A stretch of DNA of 64,000 bases from Escherichia coli (GTDB lineage: Bacteria; Pseudomonadota; Gammaproteobacteria; Enterobacterales; Enterobacteriaceae), in the NCBI RefSeq assembly GCF_030013205.1, contig NZ_CP122648.1, one strand, 5' to 3'. The translations under genes and the position numbers were made by a program. Under the pieces are notes generated by a model. The model saw only the letters and a program-made list of their open reading frames with translations. It was not told the DNA's origin and did no database searches. Shown here piece by piece: positions 42,233-55,169 of this stretch. Within the stretch, counting starts at the first letter, position 1. Every line of letters starts with the position of its first letter.

Positions 42233-44380
42233 ATGAACGTTATTGCAATATTGAATCACATGGGGGTTTATTTTAAAGAAGAACCCATCCGTGAACTTCA
42301 TCGCGCGCTTGAACGTCTGAACTTCCAGATTGTTTACCCGAACGACCGTGACGACTTATTAAAACTGATCGAAAACAATGCGCGTCTGTGCGGCGTTATT
42401 TTTGACTGGGATAAATATAATCTCGAGCTGTGCGAAGAAATTAGCAAAATGAACGAGAACCTGCCGTTGTACGCGTTCGCTAATACGTATTCCACTCTCG
42501 ATGTAAGCCTGAATGACCTGCGTTTACAGATTAGCTTCTTTGAATATGCGCTGGGTGCTGCTGAAGATATTGCTAATAAGATCAAGCAGACCACTGACGA
42601 ATATATCAACACTATTCTGCCTCCGCTGACCAAAGCACTGTTTAAATATGTTCGTGAAGGTAAATATACTTTCTGTACTCCTGGTCACATGGGCGGTACT
42701 GCATTCCAGAAAAGCCCGGTAGGTAGCCTGTTCTATGATTTCTTTGGTCCGAACACCATGAAATCTGATATTTCCATTTCAGTATCTGAACTGGGTTCTC
42801 TGCTGGATCACAGTGGTCCACACAAAGAAGCAGAACAGTATATCGCTCGCGTCTTTAACGCAGACCGCAGCTACATGGTGACCAACGGTACTTCCACTGC
42901 GAACAAAATTGTTGGTATGTACTCTGCTCCGGCAGGCAGCACCATTCTGATTGACCGTAACTGCCACAAATCGCTGACCCACCTGATGATGATGAGCGAT
43001 GTTACGCCAATCTATTTCCGCCCGACCCGTAACGCTTACGGTATTCTTGGTGGTATCCCACAGAGTGAATTCCAGCACGCTACCATTGCTAAGCGTGTGA
43101 AAGAAACACCAAACGCAACCTGGCCGGTACATGCCGTAATTACTAACTCTACCTATGATGGTCTGCTGTACAACACCGACTTCATCAAGAAAACACTGGA
43201 TGTGAAATCCATCCACTTTGACTCCGCGTGGGTGCCTTACACCAACTTCTCACCGATTTACGAAGGTAAATGCGGTATGAGCGGTGGCCGTGTAGAAGGG
43301 AAAGTGATTTACGAAACCCAGTCCACTCACAAACTGCTGGCGGCGTTCTCTCAGGCTTCCATGATCCACGTTAAAGGTGACGTAAACGAAGAAACCTTTA
43401 ACGAAGCCTACATGATGCACACCACCACTTCTCCGCACTACGGTATCGTGGCGTCCACTGAAACCGCTGCGGCGATGATGAAAGGTAATGCTGGTAAGCG
43501 TCTGATCAACGGTTCCATTGAACGTGCGATCAAATTCCGTAAAGAGATCAAACGCCTGAGAACGGAATCTGATGGCTGGTTCTTTGATGTATGGCAGCCG
43601 GATCATATCGATACGACTGAATGCTGGCCGCTGCGTTCTGACAGCACCTGGCACGGCTTCAAAAACATCGATAACGAGCACATGTATCTTGACCCGATCA
43701 AAGTCACCCTGCTGACTCCGGGGATGGAAAAAGACGGCACCATGAGCGACTTTGGTATTCCGGCCAGCATCGTGGCGAAATACCTCGACGAACATGGCAT
43801 CGTTGTTGAGAAAACCGGTCCGTATAACCTGCTGTTCCTGTTCAGCATCGGTATCGATAAGACCAAAGCACTGAGCCTGCTGCGTGCTCTGACAGACTTC
43901 AAACGTGCGTTCGATCTGAACCTGCGTGTGAAAAACATGCTGCCGTCTCTGTATCGTGAAGATCCTGAATTCTATGAAAACATGCGTATTCAGGAACTGG
44001 CTCAGAATATCCACAAACTGATTGTTCACCACAATCTGCCGGATCTGATGTATCGCGCATTTGAAGTTCTGCCGACCATGGTAATGACTCCGTATGCTGC
44101 GTTCCAGAAAGAGCTGCACGGTATGACCGAAGAAGTTTACCTCGACGAAATGGTAGGTCGTATTAACGCCAATATGATCCTTCCGTATCCGCCGGGAGTT
44201 CCTCTGGTAATGCCGGGTGAAATGATCACCGAAGAAAGCCGTCCGGTTCTGGAGTTCCTGCAGATGCTGTGTGAAATCGGCGCTCACTATCCGGGCTTTG
44301 AAACCGATATTCACGGTGCATACCGTCAGGCTGATGGCCGCTATACCGTTAAGGTATTGAAAGAAGAAAGCAAAAAATAA
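42233..44380 (+). CDS. cadA: inducible lysine decarboxylase CadA
   Basis: 715 aa from ATG 42233 (MNVIAILNHMG...); fold-III PLP decarboxylase, paralogous to AdiA. Confidence 0.97.
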   Translation: MNVIAILNHMGVYFKEEPIRELHRALERLNFQIVYPNDRDDLLKLIENNARLCGVIFDWDKYNLELCEEISKMNENLPLYAFANTYSTLDVSLNDLRLQISFFEYALGAAEDIANKIKQTTDEYINTILPPLTKALFKYVREGKYTFCTPGHMGGTAFQKSPVGSLFYDFFGPNTMKSDISISVSELGSLLDHSGPHKEAEQYIARVFNADRSYMVTNGTSTANKIVGMYSAPAGSTILIDRNCHKSLTHLMMMSDVTPIYFRPTRNAYGILGGIPQSEFQHATIAKRVKETPNATWPVHAVITNSTYDGLLYNTDFIKKTLDVKSIHFDSAWVPYTNFSPIYEGKCGMSGGRVEGKVIYETQSTHKLLAAFSQASMIHVKGDVNEETFNEAYMMHTTTSPHYGIVASTETAAAMMKGNAGKRLINGSIERAIKFRKEIKRLRTESDGWFFDVWQPDHIDTTECWPLRSDSTWHGFKNIDNEHMYLDPIKVTLLTPGMEKDGTMSDFGIPASIVAKYLDEHGIVVEKTGPYNLLFLFSIGIDKTKALSLLRALTDFKRAFDLNLRVKNMLPSLYREDPEFYENMRIQELAQNIHKLIVHHNLPDLMYRAFEVLPTMVMTPYAAFQKELHGMTEEVYLDEMVGRINANMILPYPPGVPLVMPGEMITEESRPVLEFLQMLCEIGAHYPGFETDIHGAYRQADGRYTVKVLKEESKK

Positions 44381-44392
44381 TTAGCTCGTACA

Positions 44393-44422
44393 AGGGAAGT
44401 GGCTTGCCACTTCCCTTTTTTG
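44393..44422 (+). terminator. rho-independent terminator after cadA
   Basis: agggaagtgg-cttg-ccacttccct followed by T6. Confidence 0.6.
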
Positions 44423-44438
44423 CTCATAAGGAGAACAC

Positions 44439-45896
44439 ATGAAAACACCCTCACAGCCGCGCGCGATATACTATATCGTGGCGATCCAAATCTGGGAGTA
44501 CTTCAGTTTTTACGGCATGCGTGCCTTACTCATTCTCTATCTCACCCATCAGCTTGGTTTTGATGATAACCATGCCATCAGCCTGTTCAGCGCATATGCA
44601 TCTCTGGTTTACGTTACCCCTATTCTCGGCGGCTGGCTTGCCGACCGCCTGCTCGGCAACCGCACTGCAGTGATTGCCGGCGCGCTGTTAATGACCCTTG
44701 GCCATGTGGTGCTGGGCATTGATACAAATTCAACTTTTAGCCTGTATCTGGCGCTGGCAATCATTATTTGTGGCTACGGTTTATTCAAATCAAACATCAG
44801 CTGTTTGCTTGGCGAGCTCTACGACGAGAACGATCATCGACGTGATGGCGGTTTTTCGCTGCTGTATGCTGCGGGCAATATCGGTTCTATCGCAGCCCCA
44901 ATCGCCTGCGGCCTGGCTGCTCAGTGGTATGGATGGCATGTTGGCTTTGCCCTTGCGGGTGGCGGCATGTTTATCGGTTTGTTGATTTTCTTAAGCGGTC
45001 ATCGTCATTTCCAGTCCACGCGTAGTATGGATAAAAAAGCGCTAACAAGCGTTAAATTTGCCTTACCAGTATGGAGCTGGTTAGTGGTGATGCTCTGTTT
45101 AGCCCCTGTATTTTTTACCCTGCTGCTGGAGAACGACTGGTCAGGATATTTGCTGGCGATCGTTTGCCTCATTGCCGCACAAATCATTGCCCGCATGATG
45201 ATCAAATTCCCCGAACACCGCCGTGCTCTTTGGCAAATTGTATTGTTGATGTTTGTCGGGACATTGTTCTGGGTACTGGCACAACAGGGCGGCAGTACCA
45301 TCAGCCTGTTTATCGATCGATTTGTGAATCGTCAGGCATTCAATATTGAAGTACCTACTGCACTATTCCAGTCGGTGAACGCAATTGCGGTGATGCTCGC
45401 TGGGGTTGTACTTGCCTGGCTGGCATCGCCAGAAAGCCACGGTAACTCAACATTGCGCGTCTGGCTGAAGTTTGCCTTTGGTTTACTGCTGATGGCTTGT
45501 GGCTTTATGTTGCTGGCATTTGATGCCCGACATGCAGCGGCTGACGGTCAAGCGTCAATGGGCGTGATGATATCCGGGCTGGCGCTAATGGGCTTTGCCG
45601 AACTCTTTATTGACCCGGTGGCGATTGCGCAAATCACGCGTCTGAAAATGTCTGGCGTATTAACCGGTATTTATATGCTGGCAACAGGCGCGGTCGCCAA
45701 CTGGCTGGCAGGCGTCGTGGCACAGCAGACGACAGAGTCGCAAATTAGCGGTATGGCAATTGCCGCTTACCAGCGATTCTTTTCTCAAATGGGAGAGTGG
45801 ACGTTGGCTTGTGTCGCGATCATCGTCGTATTGGCCTTTGCTGCCCGTTTTCTGTTTAGCACGCCGACGAATATGATACAGGAGAGCAACGATTAA
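44439..45896 (+). CDS. dtpC: dipeptide/tripeptide permease DtpC (YjdL)
   Basis: 485-aa POT-family transporter ([31 protein letters not shown]...). Confidence 0.9.
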   Translation: MKTPSQPRAIYYIVAIQIWEYFSFYGMRALLILYLTHQLGFDDNHAISLFSAYASLVYVTPILGGWLADRLLGNRTAVIAGALLMTLGHVVLGIDTNSTFSLYLALAIIICGYGLFKSNISCLLGELYDENDHRRDGGFSLLYAAGNIGSIAAPIACGLAAQWYGWHVGFALAGGGMFIGLLIFLSGHRHFQSTRSMDKKALTSVKFALPVWSWLVVMLCLAPVFFTLLLENDWSGYLLAIVCLIAAQIIARMMIKFPEHRRALWQIVLLMFVGTLFWVLAQQGGSTISLFIDRFVNRQAFNIEVPTALFQSVNAIAVMLAGVVLAWLASPESHGNSTLRVWLKFAFGLLLMACGFMLLAFDARHAAADGQASMGVMISGLALMGFAELFIDPVAIAQITRLKMSGVLTGIYMLATGAVANWLAGVVAQQTTESQISGMAIAAYQRFFSQMGEWTLACVAIIVVLAFAARFLFSTPTNMIQESND

Positions 45897-46132
45897 CTGT
45901 CGTAAAAACAATTGGTTATGAATAAATTAACTTTCAGTTTATCACACTAGTAAATTGAGATTAATAAGTCATTTAAACCATTTTTATGGTTATTTATTAG
46001 TGATATCAACTTGAGGTAAGCGTTAGTTTCGATAAGATAAACTGAGTTATTAATAGTCGAGGCAGATAATACAGTGTACCGATCTGTCTCTTTATCTACG
46101 CTAAATTGAAAGCTGGATTTAGAGGAACCAAA

Positions 46133-47650
46133 ATGTCTGAACAAGAAACACGGGGAGCCAATGAGGCTATTGATTTTAACGATGAACTGAGAAATCGCCG
46201 CGAAAAACTGGCGGCACTGCGTCAGCAAGGTGTGGCGTTTCCTAATGATTTTCGCCGCGACCATACCTCTGACCAGTTGCACGAAGAGTTTGATGCGAAG
46301 GATAACCAGGAACTGGAATCCTTAAACATTGAAGTCTCGGTTGCTGGCCGAATGATGACCCGTCGTATCATGGGGAAAGCCTCCTTTGTAACGTTGCAGG
46401 ATGTCGGTGGCCGTATTCAACTGTACGTTGCAAGAGATAGCCTGCCAGAAGGTGTTTATAACGATCAGTTTAAAAAATGGGATCTGGGTGACATTATCGG
46501 TGCCCGCGGTACGCTGTTTAAGACGCAAACCGGTGAGCTTTCCATTCACTGTACTGAGCTGCGCCTGCTGACTAAAGCACTACGTCCTTTACCAGATAAA
46601 TTCCATGGTCTGCAGGATCAGGAAGTCCGTTATCGTCAACGTTATCTGGACCTCATCGCTAACGATAAATCCCGTCAAACGTTTGTTGTCCGTTCAAAAA
46701 TTCTGGCCGCTATCCGTCAGTTCATGGTCGCGCGCGGCTTTATGGAAGTAGAAACCCCGATGATGCAGGTAATTCCAGGTGGGGCATCTGCTCGCCCGTT
46801 TATTACCCATCATAACGCTCTGGATTTAGATATGTACCTGCGTATCGCGCCGGAGCTGTATCTGAAACGTCTGGTTGTAGGCGGTTTTGAACGGGTATTC
46901 GAAATCAACCGTAACTTCCGTAATGAAGGTATTTCTGTTCGCCATAATCCTGAGTTCACAATGATGGAACTCTACATGGCGTATGCGGATTACCACGATT
47001 TGATTGAACTGACGGAGTCCCTGTTCCGCACCCTGGCACAAGAAGTTCTGGGTACCACTAAAGTCACTTATGGCGAGCATGTGTTTGATTTCGGCAAACC
47101 GTTTGAAAAACTCACCATGCGCGAAGCAATCAAAAAATATCGTCCAGAAACCGATATGGCCGACCTGGATAATTTTGATGCTGCTAAAGCATTAGCTGAA
47201 TCTATCGGAATTACGGTAGAGAAAAGCTGGGGGCTGGGACGTATTGTCACAGAGATCTTTGATGAAGTGGCAGAAGCACATCTGATTCAGCCAACCTTTA
47301 TTACGGAATATCCGGCAGAAGTGTCCCCGCTGGCGCGCCGTAATGATGTTAACCCGGAAATCACCGACCGTTTTGAATTCTTCATCGGTGGTCGTGAAAT
47401 CGGTAATGGTTTTAGCGAATTAAACGACGCAGAAGATCAGGCTGAACGTTTCCAGGAACAGGTTAACGCTAAAGCTGCAGGTGACGACGAAGCCATGTTC
47501 TATGACGAAGATTACGTGACTGCGCTGGAATATGGTCTGCCGCCAACCGCTGGTCTGGGTATTGGTATCGACCGAATGATTATGCTGTTTACAAACAGTC
47601 ATACTATTCGCGACGTTATTCTCTTCCCGGCGATGCGCCCACAGAAATAA
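46133..47650 (+). CDS. lysU: lysyl-tRNA synthetase, heat-inducible
   Basis: 505 aa from ATG 46133 ([11 protein letters not shown]...); class II aaRS. Confidence 0.93.
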
Positions 47651-47664
47651 ATTTCACTTAAATG

Positions 47665-47693
47665 AACGAAGCAGTCAGGCGACTGCTTCGTTC
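47665..47693. terminator. hairpin between convergent lysU and ghoT (possible bidirectional terminator)
   Basis: 13-bp stem gaacgaagcagtc/gactgcttcgttc with 3-nt loop ; no clean T-run. Confidence 0.4.
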
Positions 47694-47768
47694 GTCGTTC
47701 CGCAAATCCAGTTATGAGGAGAGACGCTTCGTTTCAAGATAACCAGCGGGTCCACTCAACTACAGCTC

Positions 47769-47942
47769 CTAAAAGAGAGAAAAAAGTAATGCCACAGGCA
47801 GACTCATTGGCCAGGTTATTCCGACCAGGAATGCACTAAGTAAACGAATATGTGTTTTCTCATGTGAGATAAACCAGATAATGACAAAGGATATGTTCAC
47901 ACCAATCACATAAAAAATTAATATTTTAGAGAATAGTGCCAT
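47769..47942 (-). CDS. ghoT: GhoT membrane-lytic toxin
   Basis: 57 aa read manually (MALFSKILIFYVIGVNISFVIIWFISHEKTHIRLLSAFLVGITWPMSLPVALLFSLF); below ORF-track length cutoff. Confidence 0.85.
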   Translation of the reverse strand: MALFSKILIFYVIGVNISFVIIWFISHEKTHIRLLSAFLVGITWPMSLPVALLFSLF

Positions 47943-47969
47943 TTTTTATGTTCTTCTTATCCTTCCTGG

Positions 47970-48266
47970 CTACTTGTAAAACTGACGGAAATAATCATCA
48001 ACTGTCATAATGTTGAGGTCAAAGTCAATATCCGGTAAGTCTAAGCATTTAAGCCTGATTAAATCTTCGATTTCACTTGCGGCTAACGATGTCGTTATTG
48101 CGAAGGAGTTTTCATTCAATTGTCGTGGTATCCCATATTCATCAGCCACGATAGAGGAGAAATTCATATCATACATCAATGATCTTAACCTTAAGAACAC
48201 TGAGGAATAAGATGATGGATAATCAAAAGAAACAACATAAGTATTGAACTTGTTTTTACCTTCCAT
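47970..48266 (-). CDS. ghoS: GhoS antitoxin (type V, RNase)
   Basis: 98 aa directly upstream of ghoT on same strand. Confidence 0.85.
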   Translation of the reverse strand: MEGKNKFNTYVVSFDYPSSYSSVFLRLRSLMYDMNFSSIVADEYGIPRQLNENSFAITTSLAASEIEDLIRLKCLDLPDIDFDLNIMTVDDYFRQFYK

Positions 48267-48492
48267 AATATGACTCCTATCAATATTGAACGCTCTGGGG
48301 ACGCAAAACTTATTAACCCCGATCGATGATTTTCATATAGGAGATATTCTTTTTTTTGCTCAGTAAAGGGGATGACTTGGGACAAAAAAACGCTCTCTCT
48401 GCCCATTCTTTGTGCATCCCCCTACCCTTCAGATGCTCTCCTGCATCACACCGCGGAGAGCATGAAAAATATCGTGACTCTGTACTCTCCCA

Positions 48493-48765
48493 TCAACTGC
48501 GAATATCATCATACTCCCGCGTTTTATCAAATTCGTGTTTCGCAAATGGGCATAGTGGGATAATTTTTCGTTTTTCCCGACGCATTTTTTCCACGACTTT
48601 CGCAACCAGCTGTTTACCAATCCCCTGCCCTTTCAGGCTTTCATCGACATCGGTATGTTCGATAATCGCTAAATTCTCTCCGGTCGGCACAAAGACAATT
48701 TCAGCGATTTGCTTGCCTTGTTCGTCATTAATGTAAAATTTATTGTGGCCTTCGCGTATTTCCAT
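48493..48765 (-). CDS. yjdJ: GNAT-family acetyltransferase YjdJ
   Basis: 90 aa; conserved position between ghoS and yjdI. Confidence 0.8.
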   Translation of the reverse strand: MEIREGHNKFYINDEQGKQIAEIVFVPTGENLAIIEHTDVDESLKGQGIGKQLVAKVVEKMRREKRKIIPLCPFAKHEFDKTREYDDIRS

Positions 48766-48776
48766 TTTACCCTCGC

Positions 48777-49007
48777 TTATTTATGACGGTATTTCAGCGC
48801 GCCGCTCGGGCACGTATCAATCACTTTAACCACAGTGGTGACGTCAACTTCATCCGGCATGATCCACGGCTTTCGTTTGAGATTAAATAACTTGCCGTTG
48901 CCACGTACGCAATTGCCAGAATGCTGACATATCGCAGTGTTGAACCAGACATCGATCTTTTCGCCGGTATAGCAGCGATAACCACCGTCCAGTAGATCCT
49001 GATCCAT
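48777..49007 (-). CDS. yjdI: YjdI (small Cys-containing protein)
   Basis: 76 aa from ATG 49007 ([16 protein letters not shown]...); track ORF extends 19 codons upstream. Confidence 0.75.
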   Translation of the reverse strand: MDQDLLDGGYRCYTGEKIDVWFNTAICQHSGNCVRGNGKLFNLKRKPWIMPDEVDVTTVVKVIDTCPSGALKYRHK

Positions 49008-49186
49008 GACCTTCCCCCTCTCATCAGTATGGTTTTCGCAATAAGCATAGCCCGGAATCTTCATACCGCACCGGCAGTTTCAGTTTCCAGAGCCTCTTCC
49101 CCTATATAGCCAATCATTCTTACTCCCTTTGAATTACCCGCCTCATCAGAGATAATGCTTAAGAAATTTGTCACACAAGGAAGCTG

Positions 49187-50818
49187 ATGAGACATTCATT
49201 GCCCTACCGCATGTTACGCAAACGTCCGATGAAATTGAGTACCACAGTGATCTTAATGGTCAGCGCGGTACTGTTCTCGGTGCTATTGGTGGTGCATCTG
49301 ATTTACTTCTCGCAAATCAGTGATATGACGCGAGACGGGCTAGCCAACAAGGCACTGGCGGTGGCGCGTACCCTCGCCGACTCGCCGGAAATCCGTCAGG
49401 GCTTGCAGAAAAAACCGCAGGAGAGTGGAATCCAGGCCATCGCGGAAGCCGTACGCAAACGCAACGATCTGCTGTTTATTGTCGTTACCGATATGCAAAG
49501 TCTTCGCTACTCGCACCCTGAAGCCCAGCGTATTGGTCAGCCATTTAAAGGTGATGACATCCTTAAGGCGCTGAATGGCGAAGAAAATGTCGCTATCAAT
49601 CGCGGTTTTCTGGCGCAGGCTTTACGCGTATTTACCCCCATCTACGATGAAAATCATAAACAAATTGGCGTGGTGGCGATCGGCCTTGAGTTAAGTCGCG
49701 TGACCCAACAGATCAATGACAGTCGCTGGAGCATTATCTGGTCGGTATTATTTGGCATGCTGGTCGGACTGATTGGCACCTGCATTCTGGTTAACGTACT
49801 GAAAAAAATTCTTTTTGGCCTGGAACCCTACGAAATCTCCACGCTGTTTGAGCAGCGCCAGGCCATGTTGCAGTCCATCAAAGAAGGCGTCGTTGCCGTG
49901 GACGATCGCGGCGAGGTCACGCTGATCAACGATGCCGCACAAGAATTGCTGAATTACCGTAAGTCGCAGGACGATGAGAAACTGTCGACGCTAAGCCACT
50001 CGTGGTCACAGGTGGTAGATGTCTCGGAAGTGTTACGCGACGGTACCCCGCGCCGCGACGAAGAGATTACGATTAAAGATCGGCTATTACTGATCAACAC
50101 CGTTCCGGTGCGCAGTAATGGCGTTATCATCGGTGCCATTTCAACCTTCAGGGACAAAACTGAAGTACGTAAACTGATGCAGCGACTCGATGGTCTGGTC
50201 AACTATGCTGACGCACTTCGTGAACGATCCCACGAATTTATGAATAAATTGCATGTGATTCTCGGATTATTGCATCTGAAGAGTTATAAGCAGTTGGAAG
50301 ATTACATTCTCAAAACAGCCAATAACTATCAGGAAGAGATTGGCTCTCTGCTGGGTAAGATCAAATCTCCGGTTATCGCTGGTTTTTTAATCAGCAAGAT
50401 TAACCGCGCGACCGATTTAGGCCATACGCTGATTTTAAACAGTGAAAGCCAGCTGCCAGACAGCGGTAGTGAGGATCAGGTCGCGACGCTGATTACCACG
50501 TTGGGAAATCTGATAGAAAACGCGCTGGAGGCATTAGGACCGGAACCCGGTGGCGAAATTAGCGTAACATTGCACTACCGTCACGGCTGGCTGCACTGCG
50601 AAGTTAACGATGATGGACCGGGGATCGCACCCGACAAAATCGATCACATTTTTGACAAAGGTGTCTCGACAAAAGGAAGCGAGCGAGGCGTCGGTTTAGC
50701 ACTTGTCAAACAACAGGTAGAAAATCTCGGCGGCAGCATCGCCGTGGAATCGGAACCCGGGATTTTCACACAATTTTTTGTCCAGATACCCTGGGACGGG
50801 GAGAGGTCGAACAGATGA
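49187..50818 (+). CDS. dcuS: C4-dicarboxylate sensor histidine kinase DcuS
   Basis: 543 aa; two TM segments, periplasmic sensing domain, kinase core. Confidence 0.95.
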   Translation: MRHSLPYRMLRKRPMKLSTTVILMVSAVLFSVLLVVHLIYFSQISDMTRDGLANKALAVARTLADSPEIRQGLQKKPQESGIQAIAEAVRKRNDLLFIVVTDMQSLRYSHPEAQRIGQPFKGDDILKALNGEENVAINRGFLAQALRVFTPIYDENHKQIGVVAIGLELSRVTQQINDSRWSIIWSVLFGMLVGLIGTCILVNVLKKILFGLEPYEISTLFEQRQAMLQSIKEGVVAVDDRGEVTLINDAAQELLNYRKSQDDEKLSTLSHSWSQVVDVSEVLRDGTPRRDEEITIKDRLLLINTVPVRSNGVIIGAISTFRDKTEVRKLMQRLDGLVNYADALRERSHEFMNKLHVILGLLHLKSYKQLEDYILKTANNYQEEIGSLLGKIKSPVIAGFLISKINRATDLGHTLILNSESQLPDSGSEDQVATLITTLGNLIENALEALGPEPGGEISVTLHYRHGWLHCEVNDDGPGIAPDKIDHIFDKGVSTKGSERGVGLALVKQQVENLGGSIAVESEPGIFTQFFVQIPWDGERSNR

Positions 50819-51534
50819 TCAATGTATTAATTATCGATGACGACGCAATGGTCGCGGAGCTGAATCGCCGATACGTGGCACAAATCCCGGGCTTTCAATG
50901 CTGTGGAACGGCTTCGACGCTGGAGAAAGCCAAAGAGATTATCTTCAATAGCGATACGCCTATCGACCTGATATTGCTAGATATCTATATGCAAAAAGAG
51001 AACGGGCTCGATTTACTGCCTGTCCTGCATAACGCGCGTTGCAAAAGTGATGTGATTGTCATCTCCTCCGCAGCCGATGCGGCAACCATTAAAGATTCGC
51101 TGCATTACGGTGTCGTGGATTACCTGATCAAACCCTTCCAGGCTTCCCGCTTTGAAGAGGCGCTCACCGGCTGGCGGCAAAAGAAAATGGCGCTGGAAAA
51201 ACATCAGTATTATGACCAGGCCGAGCTTGATCAGCTAATCCACGGCAGCAGCTCCAACGAGCAGGATCCTCGTCGCTTGCCAAAAGGCTTAACGCCGCAG
51301 ACGTTACGCACGCTGTGCCAGTGGATTGACGCGCATCAGGACTATGAGTTTTCAACCGACGAGCTGGCTAACGAGGTTAACATTTCGCGTGTTTCCTGCC
51401 GTAAATACCTCATCTGGCTGGTCAACTGCCACATCTTGTTCACCAGTATCCATTATGGCGTCACGGGGCGTCCGGTTTACCGTTACCGTATTCAGGCAGA
51501 ACACTACTCACTGCTGAAACAATATTGCCAATAA
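50815..51534 (+). CDS. dcuR: response regulator DcuR
   Basis: 239 aa; start overlaps dcuS stop (ATGA); receiver domain plus HTH. Confidence 0.95.
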   Translation: MINVLIIDDDAMVAELNRRYVAQIPGFQCCGTASTLEKAKEIIFNSDTPIDLILLDIYMQKENGLDLLPVLHNARCKSDVIVISSAADAATIKDSLHYGVVDYLIKPFQASRFEEALTGWRQKKMALEKHQYYDQAELDQLIHGSSSNEQDPRRLPKGLTPQTLRTLCQWIDAHQDYEFSTDELANEVNISRVSCRKYLIWLVNCHILFTSIHYGVTGRPVYRYRIQAEHYSLLKQYCQ

Positions 51535-52104
51535 CGGATCGCTGGTTATCTGTAAGTAATAATTATTACTGTAATGCAAAATATTCCTGGCACAAGTTAC
51601 ATTCTTCATCAGTAAAACTTGTGCCAGATCAAATATAATTATCCCTCCATCATCGTTAAAAATTAATATCTCTTCAGATGAACGGTGTTTTTAATTTCAA
51701 AACGCTAACAAAAGTTAATTAACTATTATGTCACCCGCATTATGTGTATTTTTACCCACAAATGGGTAGATCAGATTAATCTATAAACCTAATGATATCT
51801 GCCCTGAGAACAAAAAATAGACCGATAAATATCAATAAGATAACAGCAAACAAAACATTAACATCTGCGCAGTACAAACTATAAACCCATCGCCAGAGAG
51901 TTTTTCTCTCTGAAAAAGCCGCTTATCACAGTGCATAAATTTGCCGCTGCTTTAATCAGCCAATATTCACTGTGAGGTATTTGCTAAAGCCGGTAACGAC
52001 CAAACGGATATTTAGTCAGGCTCTGAAAACAGTTCATACAAAACAGAACGTGACTGTGATCTATTCAGCAAAAATTTAAATAGGATTATCGCGAGGGTTC
52101 ACAC

Positions 52105-53445
52105 ATGTTATTTACTATCCAACTTATCATAATACTGATATGTCTGTTTTATGGTGCCAGAAAGGGTGGTATCGCGCTGGGTTTATTAGGCGGTATCGGT
52201 CTGGTCATTCTGGTCTTCGTCTTCCACCTTCAGCCAGGTAAACCACCGGTTGATGTCATGCTGGTTATCATTGCGGTAGTGGCGGCATCGGCGACCTTGC
52301 AAGCTTCGGGCGGTCTTGATGTCATGCTGCAAATTGCCGAGAAGCTGCTGCGCCGCAACCCGAAATATGTCTCAATTGTCGCGCCGTTTGTGACCTGTAC
52401 GCTGACCATTCTTTGCGGTACGGGTCATGTGGTTTACACCATTCTGCCGATCATCTACGACGTCGCCATTAAGAACAACATCCGTCCGGAACGCCCGATG
52501 GCGGCAAGTTCTATCGGTGCACAGATGGGGATTATCGCCAGTCCGGTGTCGGTTGCAGTCGTGTCTCTGGTTGCGATGCTGGGTAATGTCACCTTTGATG
52601 GTCGCCATCTTGAGTTCCTCGACCTGCTGGCAATCACCATTCCATCGACGTTAATCGGTATCCTGGCGATCGGTATCTTCAGCTGGTTCCGCGGTAAAGA
52701 TCTGGATAAAGACGAAGAGTTCCAGAAATTCATCTCCGTACCGGAAAACCGTGAGTATGTTTACGGTGATACTGCGACGCTGCTGGATAAAAAACTGCCG
52801 AAAAGCAACTGGCTGGCAATGTGGATCTTCCTCGGGGCAATCGCTGTAGTCGCCCTTCTTGGTGCTGATTCGGACCTGCGTCCATCCTTCGGTGGCAAAC
52901 CGCTGTCGATGGTACTGGTTATTCAGATGTTTATGCTGCTGACCGGGGCGCTGATTATTATCCTGACCAAAACCAATCCCGCGTCTATCTCAAAAAACGA
53001 AGTCTTCCGTTCCGGTATGATCGCCATCGTGGCGGTGTACGGTATCGCATGGATGGCAGAAACCATGTTCGGTGCGCATATGTCTGAAATTCAGGGCGTA
53101 CTGGGCGAAATGGTGAAAGAGTATCCGTGGGCCTATGCCATTGTTCTGCTGCTGGTTTCCAAGTTTGTAAACTCTCAGGCTGCGGCGCTGGCGGCGATTG
53201 TTCCGGTCGCGCTGGCGATCGGCGTTGATCCGGCATACATCGTGGCTTCAGCACCGGCTTGCTACGGTTATTACATCCTGCCGACTTATCCGAGCGATCT
53301 GGCAGCGATTCAGTTTGACCGTTCCGGCACCACCCACATCGGTCGCTTCGTCATCAACCACAGCTTTATTCTGCCGGGGTTGATTGGTGTGAGCGTATCG
53401 TGCGTCTTCGGCTGGATCTTCGCCGCGATGTACGGGTTCTTATAA
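52105..53445 (+). CDS. dcuB: anaerobic C4-dicarboxylate transporter DcuB
   Basis: 446 aa, DcuA paralogue; long AT-rich regulatory region upstream (51535-52104). Confidence 0.95.
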
Positions 53446-53522
53446 ATGCACTTTGCGTGCCGCCCGTGACTACGCGGCACGCCATTTTCGAATAACAAAT
53501 ACAGAGTTACAGGCTGGAAGCT

Positions 53523-55169
53523 ATGTCAAACAAACCCTTTATCTACCAGGCACCTTTCCCGATGGGGAAAGACAATACCGAATACTATCTACTCACTTCC
53601 GATTACGTTAGCGTTGCCGACTTCGACGGCGAAACCATTCTGAAAGTGGAACCAGAAGCCCTGACCCTGCTGGCGCAGCAAGCCTTTCACGACGCTTCTT
53701 TCATGCTCCGCCCGGCCCACCAGAAACAGGTCGCGGCTATTCTTCACGATCCAGAAGCCAGCGAAAACGACAAGTACGTGGCGCTGCAATTCTTAAGAAA
53801 CTCCGAAATCGCCGCCAAAGGCGTGCTGCCGACCTGCCAGGACACCGGCACTGCGATCATCGTCGGTAAAAAAGGCCAGCGCGTGTGGACCGGTGGCGGT
53901 GATGAAGAAGCGCTGTCGAAAGGCGTCTATAACACCTATATCGAAGATAACCTGCGCTATTCACAGAACGCGCCGCTGGACATGTATAAAGAGGTCAACA
54001 CCGGCACGAACCTGCCTGCGCAAATCGACCTGTACGCGGTAGATGGCGATGAGTACAAATTCCTTTGCGTTGCGAAAGGCGGCGGCTCTGCCAACAAAAC
54101 GTATCTCTACCAGGAAACCAAAGCCCTGCTGACTCCCGGCAAACTGAAAAACTTCCTCGTCGAGAAAATGCGTACCCTCGGTACTGCAGCCTGCCCGCCG
54201 TACCATATCGCGTTTGTGATTGGCGGTACGTCTGCGGAAACCAACCTGAAAACCGTCAAGTTAGCAAGCGCTCACTATTACGATGAACTGCCGACGGAAG
54301 GGAACGAACATGGTCAGGCGTTCCGCGATGTCCAGCTGGAACAGGAACTGCTGGAAGAGGCCCAGAAACTCGGTCTTGGCGCGCAGTTTGGTGGTAAATA
54401 CTTCGCGCACGACATTCGCGTTATCCGTCTGCCGCGTCACGGTGCATCCTGCCCGGTAGGCATGGGCGTCTCCTGCTCCGCTGACCGTAACATTAAAGCG
54501 AAAATCAACCGCGAAGGTATCTGGATCGAAAAACTGGAACACAATCCAGGCCAGTACATTCCACAAGAACTGCGTCAGGCCGGTGAAGGCGAAGCGGTGA
54601 AAGTCGACCTTAACCGCCCGATGAAAGAGATCCTCGCCCAGCTTTCGCAATATCCGGTTTCCACTCGTTTGTCGCTCACCGGCACCATTATTGTGGGTCG
54701 AGATATTGCACACGCCAAGCTGAAAGAGCTGATTGACTCCGGTAAAGAACTTCCGCAGTACATCAAAGATCACCCGATCTACTACGCGGGTCCGGCGAAA
54801 ACGCCTGCCGGTTATCCATCAGGTTCACTTGGCCCAACCACCGCAGGTCGTATGGACTCCTACGTGGATCTGCTGCAATCCCACGGCGGCAGCATGATCA
54901 TGCTGGCGAAAGGTAACCGCAGTCAGCAGGTTACCGACGCGTGTCATAAACACGGCGGCTTCTACCTCGGTAGCATCGGCGGTCCGGCGGCGGTACTGGC
55001 GCAGCAGAGCATCAAGCATCTGGAATGCGTCGCTTATCCGGAGCTGGGTATGGAAGCTATCTGGAAAATCGAAGTAGAAGATTTCCCGGCGTTTATCCTG
55101 GTCGATGACAAAGGCAACGACTTCTTCCAGCAAATCGTCAACAAACAGTGCGCGAACTGCACTAAGTAA
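53523..55169 (+). CDS. fumB: class I (Fe-S) fumarate hydratase, anaerobic
   Basis: 548 aa; conserved Cys ligands; ends ...CANCTK. Confidence 0.95.
   Translation: MSNKPFIYQAPFPMGKDNTEYYLLTSDYVSVADFDGETILKVEPEALTLLAQQAFHDASFMLRPAHQKQVAAILHDPEASENDKYVALQFLRNSEIAAKGVLPTCQDTGTAIIVGKKGQRVWTGGGDEEALSKGVYNTYIEDNLRYSQNAPLDMYKEVNTGTNLPAQIDLYAVDGDEYKFLCVAKGGGSANKTYLYQETKALLTPGKLKNFLVEKMRTLGTAACPPYHIAFVIGGTSAETNLKTVKLASAHYYDELPTEGNEHGQAFRDVQLEQELLEEAQKLGLGAQFGGKYFAHDIRVIRLPRHGASCPVGMGVSCSADRNIKAKINREGIWIEKLEHNPGQYIPQELRQAGEGEAVKVDLNRPMKEILAQLSQYPVSTRLSLTGTIIVGRDIAHAKLKELIDSGKELPQYIKDHPIYYAGPAKTPAGYPSGSLGPTTAGRMDSYVDLLQSHGGSMIMLAKGNRSQQVTDACHKHGGFYLGSIGGPAAVLAQQSIKHLECVAYPELGMEAIWKIEVEDFPAFILVDDKGNDFFQQIVNKQCANCTK

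Noticed and set aside
43250-44314. 354-aa ORF antisense to cadA
   Set aside because: Shadow ORF within a confidently assigned gene.
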